A stretch of DNA of 64,000 nt from Alphaproteobacteria bacterium (GCA_963422645.2 CAXXVO010000013.1:87457-151456), one strand, 5' to 3'; counted from the stretch's first letter, positions 33,363 to 45,640 are shown. Made by a program: numbers and translations. The notes: generated by a model from the letters alone, not told the origin.

Positions 33363-34958
33363 ATGGCGTGGGATTACATCATCGTCGGCGCGGGCTCGGC
33401 CGGGTGCGTGCTGGCGCATCGGCTCTCGGCCAAGCCGGGGAACAAGGTCCTCGTGCTGGAGGGCGGCGGGCCCGACAACTCACCGATCGTCCGGATCCCT
33501 GCCGGCGAGATCAAGGCCATCCTCAATCTCCGCTTCAACTGGATGTACATGAGCGAGCCCGACCCCTCGCTCAACGGGCGCGACGCCATGTGGCCGGGCG
33601 GCAAGGTGCTCGGCGGGTCGAGCTCGATCAACGGCATGATCTACCTGCGCGGCCAGCACGAGGACTACGACGACTGGGCCCGCCTCGTCGGCAATACCGG
33701 CGCGTGGGGCTACCGCGACGTGCTGCCCTACTTCAAGCGCATGGAAACCAACCCGCTCGGCCCGAGCGAGTATCACGGCGACAGCGGCCCGCTCGTCGTC
33801 TCCGACGTGCCGACGCCCCATCCGCTGGTCCAGACCTTCATCGAGGGCGCGAAGGAGCTCGGCATCCCCTTCAATCCGGACGTGAACGGCGAGCGTCAGG
33901 AAGGCGCCGGCCCCAATCAGGGCTCGATTCGCTTCGGCCGCCGCAACAGCTCGGCCCGCGCCTTTCTCCGGCCGGTGATGGGCCGGCCCAATCTCAGCGT
34001 CGAGACCGAGGCGCGGGTGGACAAGGTGCTCTTCGAAGACGGCCGCGCGCGCACCGTGGTCTACAGCCGGGGCGGCGAGACGCGCGAGGCCAAGGCGGAC
34101 GGCGAGATCATCCTCTCCGCCGGCGCCATCGCCTCGCCCACGATCCTGCTGCGCTCAGGCATCGGGCCGGGGGCCGATCTATCCGCGCTCGGCATCCCCG
34201 TGGTCGCGGATTCACCGGGGGTGGGCCACAACCTGCAGGAGCATCCGGCCGCCTGGGTCGCCGGCTACGTCGATCTCAGCACCTACAACACCGAGGTCAC
34301 GCCCTCGGGCTGGGTGCGGCACGGGCTCAACTGGCTGCTGCGCGGCAAAGGGCCGGCAGCAAGCCCGATCGCCCAGGCGGTGGCCTTCGTTCGCACCCGG
34401 CCGGAGGAGGAGCAGCGGCCCGACATCCAGATCCATTTCGTGCCGACCGGCTACGACTTCGGGCCGAACGGGATCAAGCTCCTGGACCGCCCGGCCATCA
34501 CCCTGCCGGTCAACGTGTGCCGGCCGAAGAGCCGCAGCAGGCTGACGCTGCGCTCGTCCGACCCCAACGAGCCGCCGCGCATCTTCTCGAACCTCCTGGG
34601 CGACGAGGACGACGTGAGGCGCATGGTCGACGGCTGCAAGATTTCGCGCGGCATTTTCGAGAGCGCGGCCTTCAAGCCGCACTTCCAGGGTCTCTTCCTG
34701 CCCGCGCCCGAGGACCGGAGCGACGAGGCGCTGGAGGCCTACGTCAGGCAGAACACGCTGCCGGCCTACCATCCCGTCGGCACCTGCACCATGGGCATCG
34801 ACAACAGGGCGGTGGTCGACCCGGAGCTCCGGGTGCGCGGCGTGCAGGGGCTCCGCGTGATCGACGCCTCGATCATGCCGATCGTGCCGAGCTCCAACAC
34901 CAACGCGCCTTCCATCATGGTCGGCGAGAAGGGCTCGGACCTGGTGCTGGGGGGTTAG
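33363..34958 (+). CDS. GMC family oxidoreductase (choline dehydrogenase-like)
   Basis: [46 protein letters not shown]. Confidence 0.93.
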   Translation: MAWDYIIVGAGSAGCVLAHRLSAKPGNKVLVLEGGGPDNSPIVRIPAGEIKAILNLRFNWMYMSEPDPSLNGRDAMWPGGKVLGGSSSINGMIYLRGQHEDYDDWARLVGNTGAWGYRDVLPYFKRMETNPLGPSEYHGDSGPLVVSDVPTPHPLVQTFIEGAKELGIPFNPDVNGERQEGAGPNQGSIRFGRRNSSARAFLRPVMGRPNLSVETEARVDKVLFEDGRARTVVYSRGGETREAKADGEIILSAGAIASPTILLRSGIGPGADLSALGIPVVADSPGVGHNLQEHPAAWVAGYVDLSTYNTEVTPSGWVRHGLNWLLRGKGPAASPIAQAVAFVRTRPEEEQRPDIQIHFVPTGYDFGPNGIKLLDRPAITLPVNVCRPKSRSRLTLRSSDPNEPPRIFSNLLGDEDDVRRMVDGCKISRGIFESAAFKPHFQGLFLPAPEDRSDEALEAYVRQNTLPAYHPVGTCTMGIDNRAVVDPELRVRGVQGLRVIDASIMPIVPSSNTNAPSIMVGEKGSDLVLGG

Positions 34959-35005
34959 TGCCCCCTTCGAGAAGTTTCCAACCAAATATGCAGCGCTCCC
35001 AACTC

Positions 35006-35098
35006 GTCATGGCCGGACTGGTTCCGGCCATCCACGTGTTGGCCCGGGACTCAACGGATCCGGCTGAGCGAGATGCCCGGAACGAGTCCGGGCATGAC
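35006..35098. repeat. Alphaproteobacterial palindromic repeat (RIME/RPE-like) between convergent genes
   Basis: GTCATGGCCGGACTGGTTCCGGCCATCCAC ... GATGCCCGGAACGAGTCCGGGCATGAC paired hairpins with GTCATG/CATGAC ends. Confidence 0.8.
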
Positions 35099-35178
35099 AA
35101 GAAGATTTGCAGGGTCGGGGAGACTGCATAGCCAACCCGAAATCATGCGAACTTCAGGAACAGGACATCAGGCCGCCA

Positions 35179-35979
35179 CTAGGCGGTCAGGTAGCCGTCG
35201 TCGCACATGATGGTGTGGCCGGTCACCAGCTCCGACGCATCGCTCGCGAGGAAGATCGCGGCCCCGATCAGCTCGCGCGGTAGGCCGAGCCGAGGCCGGA
35301 TCATGCGCGCCTTGATGAAATCGGCGGTGTGCGCGGTCGTCTGGGCGACCTTGCGGGTCATCGGGGATTCCATCAGCGTCGGGCCGATCCCGTTGACGCG
35401 GACGCCCCGCTCGCGCCACTCCAGCGCCAGGACCTTGGTCACCTGGGCGACCCCGCCCTTGGACGCGATGTAGGCGCTGGACAGCGGATAGGCGATGAAC
35501 GAGCCGATCGACGCCATGTTGATGATGCTGCCCTTCCCCTGCTCGAGCATGACGGTGCCGAACGCCTGACAGCAGAGATAGGTGCCCTTCAGGTTCAGCT
35601 CGATGATGTGGTCGAAGCGCTCCTCGGGGAAGGTCTCGGCCGGGCTGCGATGGGCGGCGCCTGCGCTGTTGACGAGGATGTCGATGTGCCCGTGCTCGCG
35701 CCGCACCGCGTCCGCGACCTCGACGCATTGGCTGCGCTTGGTGACATCGAGGGGCACGGCGACGGCAGCCCCGCCCTGCGCGTCGATGGCCTCCCTGGTC
35801 TCGGCCGCGCCCTCTTCGTTGATGTCGGCGACGACGACCGTGACACCGCACTGCGCATAGCCGATGGCGATGGCGCGGCCGAGCCCGCTGCCGCCGCCCG
35901 TGATCACGGCCACCCGGCCGGACAGGTCGAAGATATCGCGCGCGAAGCCGAGCGGGACGCTGTCGCTATCCGAGGACAT
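35179..35979 (-). CDS. Short-chain dehydrogenase/reductase
   Basis: TGGGSGLG, VNSAG, YIASK, RVNGIGP. Confidence 0.92.
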   Translation of the reverse strand: MSSDSDSVPLGFARDIFDLSGRVAVITGGGSGLGRAIAIGYAQCGVTVVVADINEEGAAETREAIDAQGGAAVAVPLDVTKRSQCVEVADAVRREHGHIDILVNSAGAAHRSPAETFPEERFDHIIELNLKGTYLCCQAFGTVMLEQGKGSIINMASIGSFIAYPLSSAYIASKGGVAQVTKVLALEWRERGVRVNGIGPTLMESPMTRKVAQTTAHTADFIKARMIRPRLGLPRELIGAAIFLASDASELVTGHTIMCDDGYLTA

Positions 35980-36023
35980 CGGCACCTCCGGACTGCGTGA
36001 AGAGCGGGGCGCTCGGACCGCGC

Positions 36024-37211
36024 CTACCCCCAGAGCCGCTCGGTGGCGAGGGCGGCGCCCTCGGCGAGCATTTGAAGCTTCGCCCAGGCCACGTCGTCGG
36101 CGACGAACTGGTAGCTCGCGAAGGTGCTGAAGCCGCAGTCGGTGCCGGCGATCACGCGGCGCGGATCGCCCATCACCTCGGCGTAGAGGCAGATGCGGTC
36201 GGCCACCACCTCGGGGTGTTCCAGATAGTTGGTGGTCACGTCGATCACGCCCGGGATCAGGATCATGGGCGCGGGCGGCGGGTTCGCCTTGATCGCCTTC
36301 CACTCGTGCTGATGGCGCGGGTTGGAGCAGGCGATGCTGAGCGCGCCGACCCTGGCCTCGTAGAGCAGCGGCAGCAGCGGCGCGAGGTCGCAGTCGTCGA
36401 TGTGGGGGCCGTCCCAGTTGCCGAAGCAGACGTGGAGCCGGACCTTCTCCGCCGGGATGTCGGCGACGGCCACGTTGAGCGCCCTGATGTGCAGCGCGAC
36501 GCGCTCCAGGAACTCGTCGAGCGGGCGGTCCTGGAACATGAACTGGCGTTCCATGGCGAGATCGGGCGCGTCGATCTGCAAGAGGTGGCCCGAGCCCACG
36601 ATCGCGTCGTACTCCTTCTTGAGCTCGTGGCCCAGCGCCATGACGTAGTCCTCGTCGCGCGGATAGTCGGGATTGTCCTCCGCCCGCAGCATGGTGGTCG
36701 AGACGATGCCGGGCGAGGCGGCGGTCACGAAGGTCTCGGCGAAGCCGCCGGCCGCGCGCCCGAGCGACGCCGCGAATTGATCGAGCTCGAAGCTCACGTC
36801 GGCGAGGTCGGGCTCGTACTCCACGGCGGTCTGTGCCTGCGGCGCGTTCCAGACCTTCGGCCGCTCCTTGTCCCGGCTCCAGGTTCGCTCGGTGAACATC
36901 TGCGCGTAGCCCGGGAACTTGACCATGTCGGTGAGCATGTTGCGCTGCGATTCGCCGCCGAAGCCGGACATGCGCTGGGGCACGTAGGTCTGGAAGCCCA
37001 CGCGGGATTCCTCGCCGTCGTTGCCGATATCGACGCCGCTCTCGAGCTGCTTGGCGACGACCCAGTCGATGCCCTCGGCCACCGCCTGGGCAAAGGCCGC
37101 CTGGTCGATGGCCTCCCCCCGCTCGCGCCTGATGAGCAGCGTCTCCAGGCCCGGCGGGCGGGGCAGGCTGCCTGCGTGGGTGGTGAGCATGCGGTCTTTG
37201 CTGGTCAACAT
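36024..37211 (-). CDS. Cobalamin-independent methionine synthase II family (MetE core) zinc alkyltransferase
   Basis: TTHAGSLPRP, NDGE, LQIDAPDL, LHVCFGN (HxC), GVID, GTDCGF. Confidence 0.9.
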   Translation of the reverse strand: MLTSKDRMLTTHAGSLPRPPGLETLLIRRERGEAIDQAAFAQAVAEGIDWVVAKQLESGVDIGNDGEESRVGFQTYVPQRMSGFGGESQRNMLTDMVKFPGYAQMFTERTWSRDKERPKVWNAPQAQTAVEYEPDLADVSFELDQFAASLGRAAGGFAETFVTAASPGIVSTTMLRAEDNPDYPRDEDYVMALGHELKKEYDAIVGSGHLLQIDAPDLAMERQFMFQDRPLDEFLERVALHIRALNVAVADIPAEKVRLHVCFGNWDGPHIDDCDLAPLLPLLYEARVGALSIACSNPRHQHEWKAIKANPPPAPMILIPGVIDVTTNYLEHPEVVADRICLYAEVMGDPRRVIAGTDCGFSTFASYQFVADDVAWAKLQMLAEGAALATERLWG

Positions 37212-37355
37212 TGGGGGCCTCTCCCCTTCGGTCGGTCAACTCGGTCGAGTGTCGCGCGGTGGCCCACGGGAGCGCAACCGGCGCACGCCGCCCTTGCGGC
37301 TACGCGCGATTTCTTTCTAATGGACCCTTCTCCGGGAGCGCGAAGGGGGACGACC

Positions 37356-39077
37356 GTGAGCAGTCCATACACGTTGGTGATCCGCGGCGGCACCGTCGTG
37401 GACGGCTCGGGCGGCGAGCCCCGGGATGCGGATGTCGGGATCGCCGACGGCCAGGTTAGGGCGGTCGGGCCCAATCTCGCCGCCGGCGACGAGGAGATCG
37501 ATGCGCGCGGCATGATCGTCACGCCGGGCTTCATCGACCCCCACACCCACTACGACGCGCAGGCCACCTGGAGCAGCCGGATCACGCCATCCTCCTGGAA
37601 CGGCGTCACCACCGCGATGATCGGCAACTGCGGTGTCGGCTTCGCACCCTGCCGGCCCGACCAGCGGGGCACGCTGGTGGAGTTCATGGAAGGCGTCGAG
37701 GACATTCCCGGCGCGGTGCTGGACGAGGGGCTGCCCTGGACCTGGCAGAGCTTCGAGCAGTTCATGGATGCGCTCGACGCGCGGCCTTACGACCTCGACA
37801 TCGCGGCGCAGGTGCCGCATTCGCCGGTGCGGGTCTTCGTCATGGGCCAGCGGGGGGTCGAGCGCGAGCCCGCGACGCCCGAGGACAACGCAGCCATGGC
37901 CGCGCTCGCGGCGGCAGGCATCCGCGCCGGCGCATTGGGTTTCTCGACCTCGCGCACTCTCAATCACAAGACGCTGGACGGCCGGCCGATTCCCACGCTG
38001 ACCGCAGCCGAGGACGAGCTTGCGGCCATCGCTGCCGCCATGGGGCGCGTCGGCGCCGGCTGGCTGCAGGTCATCTCCGACTTCAAGGATCTCGACGCGG
38101 AGTTCGCCATGCTGCGGCGCGTGGTCGAGCGCAGCCGGCGGCCGATGGCGATCACCATCCTGCAGAACGACCGCGCGCCGGAGGGCTGGCGCCGCCTCCT
38201 TGCCCACATCGCCGCGGCGAACCGCGACGGTCTGCCGATGATCGGCCAGACGCTGACGCGCGCCACCGGCGTGCTGCTCGGCTTCGAGATCTCGATGAAT
38301 CCCTTCTGCGGCCGGCCGAGCTGGGATGCCATCGCCCATCTGCCGCTCGCGCAGAAGCTGGAGATCCTGCGGCAGCCGGATTTTCGCGCCCGCCTCTTCA
38401 CCGAGGAATGCGCGGATGCCTTCGTCGCCAAGCGGGTCTGCCGTTGGGACCGGCTCTACCCGCTCGGCACGCCGCCGAACTACGAGCCGACGGCCGAGCA
38501 GAGCGTCGCCGCCATCGCCGCCCGCCAGGGGAAGACGCCCGAGGACGTCGCCTACGATTACCTGCTGGAGCGCGACGGCAAGGCGCTGCTCTATCGCCCG
38601 GTCAGCAACTACACCGAAGGCTCGCTCGACGCGGTGGGTGAGATGCTGCGCCATCCCAACACGCTGGTGAGCCTCGGCGACGGCGGCGCCCACGTGGGCA
38701 TGCTCTGCGATGCGAGCGCGTTCACCTACATGCTGAGCCACTGGGTCCGCGACCGGGCCAAGGGCGAGCGGATGTCGTTGCCATGGGCGGTCAAGCGCAT
38801 GACCCGCGACAACGCGCTGGCCTTGGGTCTCGAAGACCGTGGGCTGCTCCAGGCCGGCTACAAGGCCGATCTCAATGTGATCGACTACGACGGGCTCACG
38901 CTGCACTGCCCGGAGCCGGTCTACGACCTGCCGGGCGGCGGGCGGCGCCTGATCCAGCGGGCCGAAGGCTACGTGGCGACCGTGCTCTCCGGCACCCCGG
39001 TCTATCGCGACGGCGAGGCGACCGGCGCGCTCACCGGCCGGCTGCTGCGGGGCCCGCAGGCCGGCCCTGCGGGCTAA
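37356..39077 (+). CDS. N-acyl-D-amino-acid deacylase family amidohydrolase
   Basis: GGTVVDGSG, PGFIDPHTHYD, GNCGVGFAP, GDGGAH, G.KADLNV. Confidence 0.9.
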   Translation: MSSPYTLVIRGGTVVDGSGGEPRDADVGIADGQVRAVGPNLAAGDEEIDARGMIVTPGFIDPHTHYDAQATWSSRITPSSWNGVTTAMIGNCGVGFAPCRPDQRGTLVEFMEGVEDIPGAVLDEGLPWTWQSFEQFMDALDARPYDLDIAAQVPHSPVRVFVMGQRGVEREPATPEDNAAMAALAAAGIRAGALGFSTSRTLNHKTLDGRPIPTLTAAEDELAAIAAAMGRVGAGWLQVISDFKDLDAEFAMLRRVVERSRRPMAITILQNDRAPEGWRRLLAHIAAANRDGLPMIGQTLTRATGVLLGFEISMNPFCGRPSWDAIAHLPLAQKLEILRQPDFRARLFTEECADAFVAKRVCRWDRLYPLGTPPNYEPTAEQSVAAIAARQGKTPEDVAYDYLLERDGKALLYRPVSNYTEGSLDAVGEMLRHPNTLVSLGDGGAHVGMLCDASAFTYMLSHWVRDRAKGERMSLPWAVKRMTRDNALALGLEDRGLLQAGYKADLNVIDYDGLTLHCPEPVYDLPGGGRRLIQRAEGYVATVLSGTPVYRDGEATGALTGRLLRGPQAGPAG

Positions 39078-39086
39078 CCCGAAACG

Positions 39087-40399
<1,313 letters not shown>

Positions 40400-40403
<4 letters not shown>

Positions 40404-42046
40404 TCGGCGTTGTTGCCGTCATGGATGGTGTTAAGAACTGCGTAAGCCGGAAGCGTCAGGAAGTCGGGGAAGCCATTGCCGGTCCCGACCTGGGTGAAGA
40501 GGGCAACGGCATCGTCGAAGTGCCCCGCCTCGTAGCGGTCCTCGCCGAGTGTTTCCCTGAGGGCGGCGACCTCCTCGGCCACCATCCGGTCCATCAGCGC
40601 CCAGTCGACCGTGCCGCCGTCCGCAAGCCGCGCGCTGTGGCGGAGACATTGCCAGATCTGGGCTCGGCTGATCTCGGCGGTGGCCGCGTCTTCCATCAGA
40701 TTGTAGAGGGGCACGGCGCCGCGGCCGGCGAGCCACGCCTCGATGTACTGGATGGCGACGCGGATGTTGCTGCGCAGCCCCTCTTCGGTGAGCTCGCCTT
40801 CGGGGACCGCGAGCATATCGGCCTCGGTCACGGTCACGTTGCCGAGCTGCCGCGACACGTGGTTGGCCTCCGGCATCAAGCGATCAAAGACCTCGCGCGC
40901 GACCGGCACGAGCCCGGGATGGGCGACCCAGGTGCCGTCGTGGCCGTCGCCGGCCTCGCGCTCCTTGTCCGCGCGGACCTTGCCGAAGGCCTGCTCGTTC
41001 GCCGCATCGTCGCCCTTGATGGGGATCTGCGCCGCCATGCCGCCCATCGCGTGCGCGCCGCGCCGGTGGCAGGTCTTGATCAGGAGCCGGCTGTAGGCGC
41101 GCATGAAGGGCTGCGTCATGGTGACGAGGCCGCGATCCGGCAGCACCCAGTCGGGACGGTTCCGGAAGGTCTTGATGACGCTGAAGATGTAGTCCCAGCG
41201 GCCGCAGTTGAGGCCGACGATGTGGTCCTTCAGCGCGTGCAGGATCTCGTCCATCTCGAAGGCGGCGGTGATGGTCTCGATCAGCACCGTGGTCTTGATC
41301 GTGCCGATGGGGAGGCCGAGCTCCTCCTGCGCCGCGACGAACGCGGCGTTCCAGAGCGCCGCCTCCTCGTAGTGCTCCATCTTGGGCAGGTAGAAGTAGG
41401 GGCCCGAGCCTCGCGCCCGGAGCTCCGCCGCGTTGTGGAAGAAGTAGAGCCCGAAATCGAAGAGGCTCGCGGAGACAGGGCGGCCGTCGACGAGGAAGTG
41501 CGCCTCCTCCAGGTGCCAGCCGCGCGGGCGGACGATCAGCGTCGCGATCTCCTCGCCGAGCGCATAGGACTTGCCGGAATTGGGGTCGGTCATGGCGATG
41601 GTGCGGCGCGCCGCATCGCGCAGGTTGACCTGGCCCGCGATCATCGCCTCCCAGGTGGGCGACGCGGCGTCCTCGAAATCGGCCATGAAGCATGACGCGC
41701 CGCAGTTCAGCGCGTTGATGATCATTTTGCGATCGACCGGGCCGGTGATCTCGACCCGCCGGTCGGCGAGGTCGGCCGGCGTGCCTGCGATGGTCCAGTC
41801 GCCCTCGCGGATCGCCTTGGTCTCGGGCCGGAAGGTGGGGTTCTCGCCGGCGTCGATGCGGGCCTGGAATGCCGCGCGGGCCTCGAGCAGTCGCCGCCGC
41901 TCGTCGCCGAAGCGGCGCTCCAGCATGGCGACGAAGGCGCAGGCCTCGTCGGTCAGGATGTCAGCGAGGCCGGGGGCGGCAGACCCATTAATCTCGATTC
42001 CGGTCTCCATGGGCGCTTGATCGTCCCTGCTGCGGCTCTCCAGCAT
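40400..42046 (-). CDS. aceB: Malate synthase A
   Basis: [46 protein letters not shown]. Confidence 0.97.
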
Positions 42047-42099
42047 TGCGTGCTACTCCTTGAGTGTTGCATCGCAACACGACATCAATGTCGCGCGAT

Positions 42100-42240
42100 G
42101 GGGTGGAAATGTCCATAATGCGTTGTAAAAAAACGTGTATTTCATTCAATAGTAGTATGTATATTGTTGTGGTATTGTAAATTCGGTAAAAATACTTGAC
42201 CGCGCACAGGGGCGCGGCCGCCGCTACAATACGGAGCGAG
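42100..42240. promoter_or_regulatory. AT-rich divergent aceBA/regulator control region with repeated TTGTAAA-like boxes
   Basis: TTGTAAA at 42123-42129 and 42175-42181, CGGTAAA at 42184-42190; far lower GC than the flanking genes. Confidence 0.6.
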
Positions 42241-42257
42241 CCATACAAGGCAAGGTC

Positions 42258-43679
42258 ATGGCAGGCCAGAGGGTGCGCCGGCTCCGCCGTGAGCGCGGGC
42301 TGACCCAGGCGCGCATGGCCGCGCAGCTCGGAATTTCCACGAGCTACCTCAACCTGATCGAGCGCAGCCAGCGGCCGGTGACGGTTCCCTTCCTGCTCAA
42401 GCTCGGCCAGGCCTTCGACATCGACCTCCAGCGCTTTGCAGAAGACGACGAGGGGCGAGTCACCGCCCAGCTCAAAGAGGTCTTCGGCGATCCGCTCTTC
42501 GCGCGCAGCCAAGTGAGCGATCAGGACATCCGCGACGCGGCCCAGGCGAGCCCTGCGCTCGGCGATGCTGTTGTCCGCCTCTTCAGCGCCTATCGCGATC
42601 TCCTGGAGAACACCATGAATGTCGCGGAGGGGTTCGGCGACGCTGCAGCCGAAACCCCGCCGGCCCCGTTGGCTGCGGCTGCCGCGCACCCCAGCGACGA
42701 GGTGCATGACTTCATCCAGGCCCGGTCCGGCTATTTCCCCGAGCTGGAGGAGGCTGCCGAGACCCTGTGGTCCGATGAGAACCTCGACGCCGATGGCCTT
42801 TACGGGGGGCTGCGTGCCGTCCTCACGGACGCCCACGGCCTCAAGGTCCGCATCATGCCCGCGCACGTCATGCACGATCTGGTCCGGCGCTACGATCGCC
42901 ACGGCCGGCGCGTGCTGATCTCCGACGCGCTGGCGCCCGAAGAGCGCACCTTCCAGCTCGCCACTCAAGTGGCGCTGCTCGGCTGGCGCGAGCTCTTCGA
43001 CGCCATCGCCGAGGAATCGGGTCTTCAGGGGGAGGCCCGTGACCTCTTGATCGTCGAGCTTGCGGCCTATTTCGCCGGCGCCTGCGTCATGCCCTACGAG
43101 CGCTTCCACGAAGCTGCGGAGGCGCTCGCCTATGACATCGACCTCCTCGGCCGGCGCTTCGGTGCCTCGTTCGAGCATGTCTGCCAGCGGCTCATCGCCC
43201 TGCAGCGGTCGGGAGCCAAGGGCGCGCCGCTCTTTCTCGTCCACCTCGATTGCGCGGGCAACGTGCTGCGCCGCTTCGATGCCGCCGGCTTTCGCTTCGC
43301 GCGCTTCGGCGGACTCTGTCCGCGCTGGGGCGTGCACCGCGCGTTTCAGTCTCCGGGTGAGAACCGTGTCGAGGTCGTCGAGATGCCGGACGGTGCGCGC
43401 TTCCTCACCCTCGCCCGCGCCGTCTCACGGCCGGGCGCCGGCCACGCGCTGCCCGGCCAGCAGCTGGTCGTTGCGATCGGCTGCCCGCTGTCTCACGCGA
43501 ACCGCCTGGTGTATGGCGCGGGCCTGGACCTCGAGCGGCCTGCGGGGGCCGTTCCCATCGGCATCAACTGCCGCCTTTGCGACCGGGCCGATTGCACGGC
43601 GCGCGCTTTCCCACCGCCGGGCCGCCGCCTGATCGTGGACGAGAACCAGCAGGGCCTGGCGCCCTACTTCTTCACTTGA
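42258..43679 (+). CDS. Short-chain fatty acyl-CoA regulator (RamB/ScfR family, XRE HTH)
   Basis: N-terminal HTH (LTQARMAAQLGISTSYLNLIE), YFAGACVMPY, C-terminal PIGINCRLCDRADC..RAFPP; divergent from aceBA. Confidence 0.92.
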   Translation: MAGQRVRRLRRERGLTQARMAAQLGISTSYLNLIERSQRPVTVPFLLKLGQAFDIDLQRFAEDDEGRVTAQLKEVFGDPLFARSQVSDQDIRDAAQASPALGDAVVRLFSAYRDLLENTMNVAEGFGDAAAETPPAPLAAAAAHPSDEVHDFIQARSGYFPELEEAAETLWSDENLDADGLYGGLRAVLTDAHGLKVRIMPAHVMHDLVRRYDRHGRRVLISDALAPEERTFQLATQVALLGWRELFDAIAEESGLQGEARDLLIVELAAYFAGACVMPYERFHEAAEALAYDIDLLGRRFGASFEHVCQRLIALQRSGAKGAPLFLVHLDCAGNVLRRFDAAGFRFARFGGLCPRWGVHRAFQSPGENRVEVVEMPDGARFLTLARAVSRPGAGHALPGQQLVVAIGCPLSHANRLVYGAGLDLERPAGAVPIGINCRLCDRADCTARAFPPPGRRLIVDENQQGLAPYFFT

Positions 43680-43718
43680 GGCTGGGCCTCTGAGGCTGAG
43701 TCTCTGAGGCTGAGCCTC
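43677..43718. repeat. 3 x 14-bp tandem repeat of a palindromic unit
   Basis: TGAGGCTGGGCCTC TGAGGCTGAGTCTC TGAGGCTGAGCCTC. Confidence 0.8.
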
Positions 43719-43755
43719 TCCCCGTCCGAATCCCCGGACCATGGTGCGGTGCACG

Positions 43756-44006
43756 GTGTAGACGGACGAAAGTCGTTGTGAATCGGGTCAAGGGGTGGAA
43801 TCAGGCGGAATCGGGCGGAAGGTGGCGGAATCTCAAGGGGATGCGCGGCGGCACGGTGGCGGTGCGGCGGCTGGCGTGCGGACGGAAGTCTTTGCGAATC
43901 GGACCGTGCAGAGGCCGTGAATTGGCTGGAAACGGCAATTTTCGGGGCGTTTCAGGGGTCTTGCGACGGCGGCAAATCGGGTCGGTTTCGGGGTATCGGA
44001 TTCGGC
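43756..44006 (+). mobile_element. Terminal 251 bp of an unidentified element, cut off by IS21 copy 2
   Basis: Starts GTGTAGACGGACGAAAGTCGTTGTGAATC; first 158 bp duplicated in inverted orientation at 17568-17725; internal GGCGGAATC repeats. Confidence 0.65.
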
Positions 44007-44125
44007 TGTTGTTAAGCGTGGAAAAGTGACCCCCTATTGGGGGTGATCGGCGTCCAAAATTGACCCCCTTGGATTTGTGTCCATGAACACACCTCGTCGT
44101 TTGGACGGACGGGGTGGTGGGGGAG

Positions 44126-45640
44126 ATGCTGGTTGTGGAAACGATCGCGAAGATCCGTCGGGATCATCTGGTGAAGGGCGTTCCGATCAAGAAGCTCGCC
44201 CGGGATTTGAGGGTTTCCAAGAACACGATACGCAAGGTGGTGCGGGGCGATGCGACCTCGCACAGCTACGAGCGCAAGATCCAGCCGATGCCGAAGCTTG
44301 GGCTGTGGGTGGAGGAGCTTGAGCGCCAGCTGAAGGCCAACGAGAAGAAGGCACGCAAGGATCGGCTGTCTCTTCTGCGGATTCATGAAGACCTTGTGTC
44401 GCTGGGCTACAAGGGCGGCTATGACGCGGTTCGCCGCTATGCCAGGGCCTGGCGGCGCCGGTGGCGGCTGTTGTCGCCGGCGCAGGCCTATGTGCCGCTG
44501 ATCTTCGATCCCGGCGAGGCCTACCAGTTCGACTGGAGCCACGAGTACGCGCGTCTGTCGGGCGCGACGACCAGGGTGAAGGCGGCGCACATGCGGCTGT
44601 GCCACAGCCGGATGTATCTGGTCCAGATCTTTCCCCGCGAGAGCCAGGAGATGGTCTTCGAGGCGCACGAGCGTGCCTTCCGCTTCTTCGGCGGGGTCTG
44701 CCGGCGGGGCATCTACGACAACATGAAGACGGCGGTGAGCACGATCTTCGTGGGCAAGAAGCGGGACTACAACCGCCGCTTCCAGGAGCTGTGCTCGCAC
44801 CATCTGGTGGAGCCTGTGGCGTGCACGCCAGGGGCTGGCTGGGAGAAGGGGCAGGTCGAGAAGCAGGTGGGTGACCTTCGCGGCCGCCTGTTCGTGCCCA
44901 TCCCGCGGGGCCGCTCCTACGCCGAGATCAACGAGTGGCTGATGGATCGGTGCATCGAGGACGCCAAGAAGCATCCGCATCCGACAATCCCGGGCAAGAC
45001 GGTGTGGCAGGTGTTCGAGGAGGAGCAGCCCTTCCTGATGGCGTATCGCGGCCCCTTCGACGGCTTCCATGCCAGCGAGGTGTCGGTCTCGAAGACCTGT
45101 CTGGTGCGCTTCGACAACAACCAGTACAGCGTCGCGGCCCGCGCCGTCGGCCGGCCGGTGGACGTGCGGGCCTATGCCGATCGGATCGTCATCCGCCAGG
45201 ACGGCGAGACCGTTGCCGAGCACCCCCGCAGCTTCGGGCGCGGCCGGTTCGTCTACGATCCGTGGCATTACGTGCCGATCCTGACGCGGAAGCCCGGCGC
45301 GCTACGCAATGGCGCGCCCTTCAAGGACTGGCAGTTGCCCAACGCGCTCGGCCGCCTGCGAACCCGGCTCGCGGGCCACGACGACGGCGACCGGCAGTTC
45401 GTCAAGGTGCTCGCGGCGGTGCTGGAGGACGGACTGGAGGCGGTTGAGGCGGCCTGTGCCGAGACGCTCGACTGCGGTGCCTGCAGCGCCGACGTGGTGC
45501 TCAACATCCTCGCCCGGCAGCGCCAGCCGGCACCGCCGGCAATCATCCCGACGCCCGAGGGCCTGCAGCTTCGCCACAAGCCGGTAGCCGACTGTCAGCG
45601 CTACGACAGCCTGAGGGAGGCCGGTCATGGAGCGTCATGA
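44126..45640 (+). CDS. istA: IS21 transposase IstA
   Basis: Translation identical to copy 1. Confidence 0.96.
   Translation: MLVVETIAKIRRDHLVKGVPIKKLARDLRVSKNTIRKVVRGDATSHSYERKIQPMPKLGLWVEELERQLKANEKKARKDRLSLLRIHEDLVSLGYKGGYDAVRRYARAWRRRWRLLSPAQAYVPLIFDPGEAYQFDWSHEYARLSGATTRVKAAHMRLCHSRMYLVQIFPRESQEMVFEAHERAFRFFGGVCRRGIYDNMKTAVSTIFVGKKRDYNRRFQELCSHHLVEPVACTPGAGWEKGQVEKQVGDLRGRLFVPIPRGRSYAEINEWLMDRCIEDAKKHPHPTIPGKTVWQVFEEEQPFLMAYRGPFDGFHASEVSVSKTCLVRFDNNQYSVAARAVGRPVDVRAYADRIVIRQDGETVAEHPRSFGRGRFVYDPWHYVPILTRKPGALRNGAPFKDWQLPNALGRLRTRLAGHDDGDRQFVKVLAAVLEDGLEAVEAACAETLDCGACSADVVLNILARQRQPAPPAIIPTPEGLQLRHKPVADCQRYDSLREAGHGAS

Noticed and set aside
35997-37355. 1026-aa ORF 35997-39077 suggesting a giant fusion protein
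   Set aside because: The N-terminal part is the antisense shadow of the MetE-like gene; the real amidohydrolase starts near GTG 37356. The same applies to 24469-26691, 35179-37239, 31212-33221 and other long Arg/Gly/Ala-rich ORFs typical of high-GC DNA.
43677-43835. Short repeats considered as a CRISPR array
   Set aside because: Units are 10-14 bp, directly tandem, with no unique spacers and no cas genes nearby.
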